This document shows, piece by piece, positions 1 through 9,194 of a stretch of DNA of 64,000 nucleotides. How positions within the stretch are numbered: position 1 is the stretch's first letter; each line of letters begins with the position of its first letter. This DNA comes from Candidatus Latescibacterota bacterium (GTDB taxonomy: Bacteria; Latescibacterota; UBA2968; SICM01), in assembly GCA_965217865.1 (NCBI GenBank), contig CBDCJO010000002.1:672001-736000 (forward strand), given 5' to 3'. Below the pieces are notes generated by a model. It did no database searches. It was not told the DNA's origin and saw only the letters and a list, made by a program, of their open reading frames with translations. The translations under genes and the position numbers were made by a program.

Positions 1-505
<505 letters not shown>

Positions 506-599
506 GGGGAGCCTCCTAAATTGATTACTAGTGGGGAGTTTTTCAAGCCCGGCAAACTGAATAGAAATAATACAAATTTGGGGGAAGCGCAAGGAAAAT

Positions 600-860
600 A
601 GTCGTCCCTCTGACCCCCGACCTCCGGCCTCCGATCCCAGCTTTTCCTCTTCTTACCACTGCCACCTGCTACTTCCCTTTGCCTTCTCTTGTCTGACGAC
701 TGAATTGAATTCATGTTTTCTTCTGGTGGGGGATGGGCGGAGGGGTCAATCTTCAATATTCGATCTTCAATCTCCTCCGACCTCGGCCTTTGCCTTTCCT
801 GCCACTGCTACTGCTACTGAAATCTGCCGTCTCACGGGTTATTCAATCTTCAATCTTCCC
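600..860. repeat. Degenerate 6-7-mer tandem repeat tract
   Basis: ctgaccc-ccgacct-ccggcct-ccga; tcttcaa-tattcga-tcttcaa; gccact-gctact-gctact. Confidence 0.7.
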
Positions 861-959
861 TGTCCCTCCTTGACTTCCCCATGGCTTTGTTTATCTTGAT
901 TGTCCTTTGAAAGCTTTCACCATCTCCGGACAACGACCCACAACAGGACGAATATAGCA

Positions 960-2339
960 GTGCAGCCCAAATTGACACAGGGAACGGTTGCCCGCACCCT
1001 GGTGGTCCTCTCGGTTCCGATGCTCGGCGGCATTTTTTCAGCCGTCTCTTTCAACCTCGCCGACACCTACTTCGTCTCCCGGCTGGGCACCAGAGAACTT
1101 GCGGCCATGAGCTTCACCTTCCCCGTGGTCATGGTCCTTATGGGGATCGCCTGGGGATTGGGCACCGGGACCACCTCCGTGGTCGCACGATCGATCGGAC
1201 GCGGTGACCAATCGACCCTTCGAAGATTATCTTCGGACAGCCTAACCCTCTCCTTCGGGGTCGTGTTCTTCTTCGCTGGGATCGGGATGCTTACCATCTC
1301 ACCTCTGTTCACCCTCCTGGGGGCCTCCCCCGATATCTTGCCTCTTATCCGGGATTACATGATGATCTGGTATCCGGGGATCGTATTCCTGGTGATACCT
1401 ATGGTGGCCAATGCCTCGATTCGCGCCACCGGAGATACCAAATTCCCTGCGCTTATCATGATCGCTGCCACCGGGACCAACTTCATACTCGACCCGTTGT
1501 TCATCTTCGGGTGGTTCGGGTTTCCACGGATGGAGCTCAAAGGCGCTGCCGTGGCGACGGTTATCGCCCGCGGCGGAACGATGGTCGCCTCGTTGTTGAT
1601 CCTTCACTTTCGGGACCGGATGCTGGACTTTTCGCCCCCGGATCTGAAAGCCGTCTGGCGTTCGTGGAAAACGATTGCCCACATCGCCGTGCCGGCTTCC
1701 GCGACCAATATCATGACCCCCCTCGCAGTCGGGGCGATCACGCGTATGGTTGCGGGATACGGTCCCGAAGCCGTGGCGGCCTGGGGGGCGGGTTCCCGCA
1801 TCACGATGTTTACGTTGGTTCCGGTGTTCGCGCTCTGTTCCGGGCTGGTTCCGTTTATCGGGCAGAACTGGGGGGCGGAGCGATTCGATCGGGTTGCCCT
1901 GGGAAGGAAATACGGCTACGTGTTCGCGGCCTTCTGGGGTGTCTTGTCCCTGGTGGTTTTGCACCTGGCGGCAGAACCGATTGCACGGCTTTTCAGCCAC
2001 GAAGCGGAGGTGGTTCGCGAGATCGTGCGCTACCTGTGGATTATGCCGATCGGTTATGCCGCACTGGGTATTCTGAGCGTAATCGAAGAAACCTTGAACG
2101 CCATCGGTAAACCCGTGATCGCGTCTGTGCAGACGCTGGTGTATACGTTCGGGTTCTACCTTCCCCTCGGAGCCCTGGGATCGAACCTGCACGCGTTGAC
2201 CGGATTGCTTTCAGGGTTGGCCGCTGCGGATCTACTGGGAGGGTTGGTGGGAATGGTGCTCGTTCGCTGGATTTGTCTTAAGGGTGAGCGGATTTGTCGG
2301 ATCCGGAATGCCGAATCATCCACAATCCCTGCTGGCTGA
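960..2339 (+). CDS. MATE family efflux transporter
   Basis: Two-repeat hydrophobic protein with N-L-A-D-T-Y-F-V-S-R-L-G, RATGDTKFP, NFILDPLFIFG and FIGQNWGA motifs. Probable GTG start at 960 (ORF track starts at 900). Confidence 0.93.
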   Translation: MQPKLTQGTVARTLVVLSVPMLGGIFSAVSFNLADTYFVSRLGTRELAAMSFTFPVVMVLMGIAWGLGTGTTSVVARSIGRGDQSTLRRLSSDSLTLSFGVVFFFAGIGMLTISPLFTLLGASPDILPLIRDYMMIWYPGIVFLVIPMVANASIRATGDTKFPALIMIAATGTNFILDPLFIFGWFGFPRMELKGAAVATVIARGGTMVASLLILHFRDRMLDFSPPDLKAVWRSWKTIAHIAVPASATNIMTPLAVGAITRMVAGYGPEAVAAWGAGSRITMFTLVPVFALCSGLVPFIGQNWGAERFDRVALGRKYGYVFAAFWGVLSLVVLHLAAEPIARLFSHEAEVVREIVRYLWIMPIGYAALGILSVIEETLNAIGKPVIASVQTLVYTFGFYLPLGALGSNLHALTGLLSGLAAADLLGGLVGMVLVRWICLKGERICRIRNAESSTIPAG

Positions 2340-2399
2340 GGTCCGTTGGGGACAGGGTGAAAATTGCATTATGCATCGTCAATCGACGATCTTCCGTCT

Positions 2400-2510
2400 C
2401 ACGACTGACGTTCTTTCAATATTCAATATTCGATCTTCAATTTCTCCTGACTTCCGGTCCCTGTCTTTTCTATTCCTGCCACTGCCCCCTGACCTCCGAC
2501 TACCGACTCT
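2400..2510. repeat. Degenerate heptamer repeat tract related to 600-860
   Basis: Shares ttcaatattcgatcttcaat, ttcctgccactgc and ctgacctccgac blocks with the tract upstream of the MATE gene. Confidence 0.7.
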
Positions 2511-3378
2511 AATACATCTCCTTCGCATTTTTCGGCAATCGCCTGACGTGCTTCAGGTGATTCGTCACCCGAAAGTCATCCCCCTCAGGATATTCAAATC
2601 CATAAACATCCGCAACGTGTTTGGCAACCGTTCGAAAGAGGTCTCCCATTGTAAACAGGGATTCCCATATGCTTTCGAAATTCGAGTCGGAATAGGTATT
2701 TTCCAGCTTCGTCCAGAGAGACGGCTCGATATCAATCTTGATATATTTTCCCTCCTTGCCGGGCGATTTTTCGAATCCGGTTCTGATCCCGAAATACCAT
2801 CCCATCATCTTCATGAGGGAGGGTCTGATCCACAAGTCTATCATGGACTTCGCATATGTCAGCTCTTCCCTCCAGATCCCCTTTGCCGCATAGGGACAGA
2901 CCCACCAGAACTCATTACAGCAATCATCGAATGCCTTGGCAGTCGGTTCCTTTTGCAGGTAGTCCCTGTCGCTCGCCGGCGATATCTCGCCGATAATATT
3001 GTCTTTATCGACAAGAACAACAGTAAGGGAGTGTTTAATCGCATCCCGGATGGAATCCAATGGTGCAAAACCAATATCGATCCGGTTTCCATCCATAAAC
3101 TGCATAAGATATCCGTAATGTCCGTCATTTTTGGGTGGCGGATCTTCCATGTCCTCGGGCGTCTGGATAATCATAAGTTCACCGAATTGTTTTAAAAAAT
3201 CCCGGTCCCTCACATAGGGATCCACACAATTCACGAAGCACGCGATATCATAATCCTGGAAAAAATCCCTCTTTACGTTCGGGTTGGCACGGGACCCGAT
3301 CATGACCGCCACCCGGATGTTATCATCCCCAGTAACGAAATTCAAAATCAGATCCATCATCTCTTTTTCGCTTCTCAT
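2509..3378 (-). CDS. aadK: Aminoglycoside 6-adenylyltransferase (ANT(6)/AadK family)
   Basis: MRSEKEMMDLIL...IRVAVMIGSRANPN..DFFQDYDI, YLMQFMDGNRID and CCNEFWWVCPYAAKGIWREE are characteristic streptomycin adenylyltransferase motifs. Confidence 0.9.
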   Translation of the reverse strand: MRSEKEMMDLILNFVTGDDNIRVAVMIGSRANPNVKRDFFQDYDIACFVNCVDPYVRDRDFLKQFGELMIIQTPEDMEDPPPKNDGHYGYLMQFMDGNRIDIGFAPLDSIRDAIKHSLTVVLVDKDNIIGEISPASDRDYLQKEPTAKAFDDCCNEFWWVCPYAAKGIWREELTYAKSMIDLWIRPSLMKMMGWYFGIRTGFEKSPGKEGKYIKIDIEPSLWTKLENTYSDSNFESIWESLFTMGDLFRTVAKHVADVYGFEYPEGDDFRVTNHLKHVRRLPKNAKEMY

Positions 3379-3429
3379 CCCGTTCATCCATAAAATATTG
3401 GAATTAGCTGGAATCAATACACCTCCGGG

Positions 3430-4236
3430 CTACACCGTCCGCCTTGCCAGCATGTATCCGAACATCGCCGTCTCCGGATATCGGCCGCCCGCGTATTCCA
3501 GCAGCGTGCGCCTCAAATCGGCTTCGAAGCCCTCCGCCCGGTCCCCCAGAACCCGCTTCGATACCCCTGAAGTCGAATACAGGTACCCGACGAAATCGTC
3601 CAGCGTCCATACGTGCGGCGTGGGAAACTCGTACGAGGCGACATCTTCGAAACCCGCCGATTGCAGGACCTCCTCAAAATCCGGATCCTTCTGAGCGCTC
3701 GGAATGTTCGTTACAACGCGTGGCTCTCTGCCGGTCCACCTGCGGACCACCTCAGACGCCAGGGACTGCCATTTCACCTGGCCCCTTCCATAGTTGACGT
3801 ACCACAAGATGGCCAGGCCGCCCCCCGGCTGCAGCCACTCCAGACCACGCCGTGCGATCAGATCCTGATCCAGCCGATGGAAAGCTTCTCCGATCGTGAT
3901 CAGCTCGAACGCGCCCGGCGGCGCCTCCAGGTCTTCCGCCCGGGTGACCATCCAGGTCAGATTCGTGGCCCCGCTTGTCACGGCCTTCTCCCGGCCGACC
4001 TGGATCATCTCCGGCTCCGGATCGATTGCCCAGACCTCCCGGAAGAAGGGCGCCATGGCAATCGCCACCCGTCCCGGTCCGCATCCGAGATCCAGCAGCC
4101 TGCCATTTCCGGTAACCCCAGCCCGGTTCCGCAGATCGTCAATGAGCGACTCCGGGTACGGCAGTCGATACCGGGCGTAATATTCCGCCGTGCCGGCAAA
4201 GGCGTCAACTGGGAAATTCGGGATCCTTGATGTCAT
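3430..4236 (-). CDS. Class I SAM-dependent methyltransferase
   Basis: F..TAEYYARYR.PYP, LLDLGCGPG, AIDPEPEM and GEAFH motifs. Confidence 0.9.
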   Translation of the reverse strand: MTSRIPNFPVDAFAGTAEYYARYRLPYPESLIDDLRNRAGVTGNGRLLDLGCGPGRVAIAMAPFFREVWAIDPEPEMIQVGREKAVTSGATNLTWMVTRAEDLEAPPGAFELITIGEAFHRLDQDLIARRGLEWLQPGGGLAILWYVNYGRGQVKWQSLASEVVRRWTGREPRVVTNIPSAQKDPDFEEVLQSAGFEDVASYEFPTPHVWTLDDFVGYLYSTSGVSKRVLGDRAEGFEADLRRTLLEYAGGRYPETAMFGYMLARRTV

Positions 4237-4442
4237 ACCACACAGATCCTAGAACTCTGCACCGCTTGCTTATAAGCGCATCGACCTCTTCTTCGAGACA
4301 TCATAATCCATTGCTTCTCACGTTTCACGTTTCACGGATTCTTTTACACTTCACGTTTTCCTATGGGAATTATATATTATTTTACCCTTGACATGCCGCC
4401 TGAAATTGCTTATATTTATATGTAAATAAAGGAGGTTATGTT

Positions 4443-4810
4443 ATGGGAAAAGGGCCTGGAAAGTATTACAGGAAGGGGATTTCGTTATTGGACCTGACAA
4501 AACGTTTTCCGAACGACGGCATGGCGGAAGATTGGTTCGTTCGAATCCGTTGGCCTAATGGTGTTCGATGTCCGGCATGCAAGTCCAGCGACGTTCAATC
4601 ACGTCCAAAAAGAAAGCCTCAACCTTACCGATGCCGGAAATGCCGCAAGGATTTCTCCATGAAAACGGGAACGTTGATGCAAGGATCAAATCTCGGGTAT
4701 CAGAAATGGGCCATAGAAATTTATCTTTTTGCAACTGGAATGAAGGGTACGTCAAGCATGAAGTTGCATCGGGATCTCGGAATAACACAGAAAAGCGCAT
4801 GGTACCTGGC
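4443..4810 (+). pseudogene. IS1595-family transposase, N-terminal zinc ribbon/HTH only
   Basis: RWPNGVRCPAC..YRCRKCRKDFS.KTGT.MQGS and SSMKLHRDLGITQKSAW. Similarity stops at ~4810, before the catalytic domain. Strong RBS aaaggagg. Confidence 0.85.
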
Positions 4811-5213
4811 TGTTTTCGTTCCGGCGCTTATCATCAACAGAACCGTTCCTGCGACAAGCATAAGCCATCCCCATTCAAGATTGATAAACAACCAGATGAA
4901 AAGACCGATTGATGTTCCACTAGTTATCCATAATGTAACCAGAAAGATTGAAATAACAGCCAGGATTAGGACGACACCCCATCTTCTTCACCATTAATCG
5001 ATCCAAGCAATTCAAGTAAATGTTGTTTCGACATTCTCATATTTCTCCCCTCCGCATGACCAATGAACTCATTCAAAATAAGGAGATTGCGTGAACAAAA
5101 TCGAAAATAAAGGAAACATCGGTCGAGGAAAGACTAAAACTGGACGAAAACTAACACCTAAAAACCTCGCCCATGCCATTATCAATACTCCACCCCCAAA
5201 AAAGCGACAGCGT

Positions 5214-5423
5214 TCATGACAGTTTGGGGGGTAAAGAGGCAGTAGGGCCTTGTGATGGAAATATCTCAAGCTCCAGGTGCTCGAAGAAAAACTTGGATTG
5301 CCAATAGATAAAGTATGGCAACAGAATACCAAACGTGCAAATCGTGAGAACTATCAACCCTAATGACATGCAGAAGAATTCTCCAAAACTCCCCTTGAAT
5401 ACAACTCGACCAATGGAGTGCAT
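5214..5423 (-). CDS. Small membrane protein (DUF898/DUF6693-like), IS passenger
   Basis: FKGSFGEFF..SLGLIVLTICTFGILLPYFIYW resembles the YjgN/DUF898-type repeat. RBS ggaggg upstream. Confidence 0.6.
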   Translation of the reverse strand: MHSIGRVVFKGSFGEFFCMSLGLIVLTICTFGILLPYFIYWQSKFFFEHLELEIFPSQGPTASLPPKLS

Positions 5424-5689
5424 ACTGGCATCCCTCCCTGTGGGGGTGACGTGACCTCCTTTGACACCCTAAGATGGGGATGCCGGGCCATGTCACCATC
5501 ACGCAAGAGAAATGCGGGAAAGTTCTACCTATTCGCCTGGATACGGGGAATGACCCCATACCGGGTAAAAAACGGCTATTGTATTCAGCAGAGGACCCGA
5601 CATGGCGGGCTCTTGCATATATGATGGTGACAAGGGTAAGATACTACAATGGATATGCGCTGCCAAGGGTAAAATAATATATAATTCCC

Positions 5690-6184
5690 TTAAGATTCTT
5701 GGTTATCTTTCAAACCAGGAGCGGAGTGTGGAGGAGCTGGCGATTCTGCTCGAATTGAAGGAGCCGACGGTGTCCCACCATCTGAACCGGCTGAAGGAGC
5801 TGGGTCTGGTCCGGATGCGTGCGGACGGGAACACGCATTTCTACAGGTTGGATGGCGGGGCTTTGAGAAGTATGAACCGGGAGGTCTTCACGCCCGAGAA
5901 GATGGCGTCTCTGGTCGATGATCGGGGAGCTGAAACCTGGGAGGAGAAGGTGCTCGGGAGCTTCGTCGAAGGGAAGCATCTGAAGCAGATTCCTGCGAGC
6001 CGGAAAAAGCGGGGGGTTATTCTCAAGTGGCTGGTGGGCAAGTTTGAGGAAGGGGTCGAGTATCCCGAGCGGGAGGTGAATGAGAGGCTCAAACAGTAAT
6101 CATCCGGATTGTGCGACGCTGAGACGGGAGTTTATTGCGGAGAGGTTGATGGAGAGGGAGAAGGGGATGTACAGGAGAGCGTAA
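5690..6184 (+). pseudogene. ArsR-family HTH + DUF2087 regulator, 5'-truncated and frameshifted
   Basis: LKILG..ERSVEELA..L.LKEPTVSHHL..LK, then LKQIPASRKKR..IL..Y.EREVNE.L. One extra A (tat>taat at ~6098) breaks ...LKQYHPDCATLRREFI...YRRA*. Confidence 0.85.
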
Positions 6185-6433
6185 GTTGGGGGAGGTCGAA
6201 AGAGGAAACCTAAAAAATGGATTCGTGCCTGGGTTCGCAGGTGTCGTAGTTATACGGCATTGGCAAGTCACCGGACCTCTAAACCCCAGTCAGGAAACCG
6301 TTCAAGGCGGGCAGAAAATCAAACAAATTTCTACACACCATAAGGAATGGGAAGGATTGGCGATTCGATCCGATGTATGTTATCTTTTTAAAAGTGACTA
6401 AAGTTGGGGAGATTTCATGAGGCGCACCGGGAG

Positions 6434-6740
6434 ATGATCGAAGACATTCGACGGAAAGTTGCAGAAAATCGATTTGAGTTTTCACAACACGCTGTTGATG
6501 CCAGTATTTTACGTCATATTCTCAGTCACGGAGATTCGAGAGGCTGTTGCAACGGGTGAAGTGATAGAAGATTTCCCACAAGATAAATATGTTCCAAGTT
6601 GTCTGATTTTGGGGAGCACACAATCAGGTCGTCCACTCCATATTCAATGTACACATCCAAGCCGAGATCCGATCAAAGTGATTACCGTTTACGAACCGGA
6701 TCCGGGCTTGTGGATTGATTTTCGAGTCAGGAGCGAGTGA
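6434..6740 (+). pseudogene. DUF4258 putative toxin, +1 frameshift near 6520
   Basis: MIEDIRRKVAENRFEFSQHAVD in one frame joins EIREAVATGEVIEDFPQDKY.PSCLILG...RPLHI...VITVYEPDP..W in the next. Confidence 0.8.
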
Positions 6741-6970
6741 TGAAATGTGATATTTGTGGCGGTCCAATGGTAGAGCAGGAAGTAACATATCGAATCGAAC
6801 TGGACGAGAAACTTATTGTTGTGGAGAATGTTCCAGCGAAAGTCTGCGTTCAGTGTGGCGAGAGGTTGTATTCTGCGATGACCGTGGAACGACTTCAGCA
6901 GACAGTGTGGGAAAAGAAGACTCCTTCGAAGGTTCTGGAGACGCCGGTTTTCGACTTTTCAGAAGCCTGA
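6737..6970 (+). CDS. YgiT-type zinc finger protein (MqsA-like antitoxin partner)
   Basis: CDICGG...IVVENVPAKVCVQCGERLY; overlaps the DUF4258 stop codon (GTGA). Confidence 0.88.
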   Translation: MMKCDICGGPMVEQEVTYRIELDEKLIVVENVPAKVCVQCGERLYSAMTVERLQQTVWEKKTPSKVLETPVFDFSEA

Positions 6971-7220
6971 AAATGTTGGGATGGAAATAGTCACGCTTTG
7001 AGCATTGCCGGCCTTTTATCTGTGCGGATTTAAAATCCAGAGACATTGACCTGCTGATGTATCAAATATTAATTAAGCGATATAAAAGCAATTGGATATT
7101 TTCAGAATGTCTATGCCCTTGCTTTGTCGTCTCAGCAAAGCAAGGGGGGTGATTGCAGGGCCTGCACCATAGCGCCTTCCAATTCAGCGCGCGTACGCTG
7201 AAGAAGATGACCGCTCCCCT

Positions 7221-8471
7221 TCAGCTCTCCGGCACGTATGGCGATTTCCAAAGTTGATGAATATCATCGATGCCCAGCTTGATCATAGCGATCCGCTCTA
7301 TTCCCAGCCCGAAAGCAAACCCGCTGACCCTATTTACATCGTAACCCGCCTGGCGTAACATTTCTTCTTTCAGGAACCCGCATCCGCCAAGTTCAATCCA
7401 TTTTTCATTCCGTCTGATATCGAATTCAATACCGGCATCGACGAATTTGAAATCGTGATTGCGCCAACGGATCTCGACTTCTCCGAACACCGCAATAAGT
7501 GCTTGTCGGACGGTTGATTTCAGGGCCCGAAGATCAGCGGTTTGGTCGATGCAAATCCCATCGACTTGATGGAAGACTTTGGAATGACGTCGATCTTCCT
7601 GATCCGGTCGAAAAACTCTTCCGGCCGCGAGCAGACGCACGGGTGGTTTCCGCCCCTTTATCGCCTGAAATGTCGTGTGGGTCGTATGGGTCCGGAGAAT
7701 TTCATTGTCGCTTACGTGATAAGCCATTTCGGTGACGGCTATATCCTCCTCCACCGATCTATTTACGATTTCCTCACCGCCGATGATTTCATACGTAGAC
7801 AGGGCGGTCCGGATCTGTTCCCAGATCGTTCTGACCGGATGTCCTTCGATCTCCATCGGTTTTGGCCGATTCAGCAGCTCCCCCACAACTTTCTCGCTGA
7901 AATGTTCATCAGGCGAATGATCCTTCAGGGATTCGCTGACCATTTCGATCATCCTTTCTTTTAATCTCTTTCTGGAGTCGTGCAGCCGCTTTTTGACGGT
8001 GGTCACGGGCATCTCCAGAAAATCGCTGATTTCTTTTTGAGAGTATCCATCGATGTAGTACATGGCTGTCACGGTCCTTTCGTGTTCTGCGAGGGTCCGA
8101 AGGGCCTGGAGCACTTTTTCCTTCATTTCTTTCGCTTCCATTACTTCATCGGGCCGAGGCTCAGATGAGGTTATCTCAGTCGTGTCTTCAAGCGAAATTG
8201 TTGGCATTGGCCTGTCTCGTGTTAACCGGTCGCAATGCTTGAAGACTATCTTTCGGAACCATCCCGGGAAAGCAGCGGGATTTTGAAGCTTCGAAAGTTT
8301 CAAGAAGGCTTCGATGAATGCCTCCTGTGCGGCGTCTTCGGCTAGCTGAAAGTCGTTGAGGAGCGAGTAGCAATAGCCCACGGCCATATCCTGGAAGCGT
8401 CGAACGATCGTTCCATAGGCGTTCAGGTCGCCGGCCCTGGTACGAAGGATTAAAGATTGGAGTTCTTCCAC
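7221..8471 (-). CDS. ECF sigma-70 factor fused to a phenylalanyl-tRNA synthetase alpha-like catalytic domain
   Basis: N-half: sigma region 2 (LAEDAAQEAFI..FPGWFRKIV) and region 4 (YYIDGYSQKEISDFLEMPVTTVKKRLHDSRKRLK). C-half: class II aaRS motifs HP, LRTHT, GRVFR.D..D..HS.VFHQVDG, FKF, WIELGGCG, GFAFGLGIERIAM..GIDDI. GTG start at 8471 after RBS gagga. Confidence 0.9.
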   Translation of the reverse strand: MEELQSLILRTRAGDLNAYGTIVRRFQDMAVGYCYSLLNDFQLAEDAAQEAFIEAFLKLSKLQNPAAFPGWFRKIVFKHCDRLTRDRPMPTISLEDTTEITSSEPRPDEVMEAKEMKEKVLQALRTLAEHERTVTAMYYIDGYSQKEISDFLEMPVTTVKKRLHDSRKRLKERMIEMVSESLKDHSPDEHFSEKVVGELLNRPKPMEIEGHPVRTIWEQIRTALSTYEIIGGEEIVNRSVEEDIAVTEMAYHVSDNEILRTHTTHTTFQAIKGRKPPVRLLAAGRVFRPDQEDRRHSKVFHQVDGICIDQTADLRALKSTVRQALIAVFGEVEIRWRNHDFKFVDAGIEFDIRRNEKWIELGGCGFLKEEMLRQAGYDVNRVSGFAFGLGIERIAMIKLGIDDIHQLWKSPYVPES

Positions 8472-8506
8472 TTTTCCTCGTTTCTGAGAAGGCCTTCTAT
8501 AAGTAA

Positions 8507-8533
8507 AGACCCGATTCCTCTTGAGAAGGTTAC
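8507..8533 (-). promoter_or_regulatory. Putative ECF-type promoter (GTAACC-N16-GGTCT) upstream of the sigma-PheRS gene
   Basis: Minus strand reads gtaacc ttctcaagaggaatcg ggtct, about 35 bp before the start codon. This fits the AAC(-35)/GTC(-10) ECF pattern. Confidence 0.55.
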
Positions 8534-8609
8534 TGAAGTCCTGCAAGAACTTCAATACTATTCATGAAATCCAGCTGCGATTTCCTGTGGCCACATTTAG
8601 CCTCTAGAA

Positions 8610-9071
8610 ATGGCTTTCATGATCAAACTGGTGATTTTCGATTATGGGAGGACGCTGTTTGACAGGGATAATGATGCCTTATTCCCGGATGCCGCGGATG
8701 TGGTCCGTGAGCTCTCAAAGCGATTCAGGCTTTGCATCGTATCATATTCCCCGGATGAAGAGGTCCCGGGCAGGATCGACGTGCTGAGAAAAAACGGGAT
8801 TTTGGATTGTTTCGAGGGGTTACACTTCGTCGATGATCCTGAGAGGAAGTTCGAGAAGTACGATGAGGTGCTTCGAACGCGCGGTCTTGAAGCACCCGAA
8901 GTGGCCGTGGTTGACGACTACGTCATCAGGGGGGTTGCGTGGGGGAATCAACGAGGAGCTACGACGATTTGGTTCAGGAGGGGGAAATTCGCGGATGTGT
9001 TACCGAATGAACAAACAGGAGAACCGACTTTCACCATCAAAGCACTGAGTGATCTACTTCATTTGCTGTGA
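8610..9071 (+). CDS. HAD-superfamily hydrolase
   Basis: IKLVIFDYGRTL (degenerate motif I), CIVS, VAVVDD, GATTIW and PTFTIKAL. Confidence 0.8.
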   Translation: MAFMIKLVIFDYGRTLFDRDNDALFPDAADVVRELSKRFRLCIVSYSPDEEVPGRIDVLRKNGILDCFEGLHFVDDPERKFEKYDEVLRTRGLEAPEVAVVDDYVIRGVAWGNQRGATTIWFRRGKFADVLPNEQTGEPTFTIKALSDLLHLL

Positions 9072-9194
9072 AAGGAAAGATGAGATCAGGTTATGTAATT
9101 TTATCCCTTGTTCCACCACAGCAAAATGTATATATTGATGTCTGACTGGCCTGAAAAAAAATGAGTTCTTGCAGGAACCGCCATTCCAGTCCTC

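Larger units (their letters stand above)
4365..5689 (+). mobile_element. IS1595-family derived element with 26-bp perfect terminal inverted repeats and passenger DNA
   Basis: gggaattatatattattttacccttg at 4365-4390 is the exact reverse complement of caagggtaaaataatatataattccc at 5664-5689. The element encloses a truncated IS1595 transposase. Confidence 0.85.

Noticed and set aside
600-860. CRISPR array
   Set aside because: Units are 6-7 bp and degenerate, with no constant repeat-spacer period and no cas genes.
7221-7880. Housekeeping pheS gene
   Set aside because: No own start or N-terminal coiled coil, no pheT, altered active-site loops, and in frame with a sigma factor.
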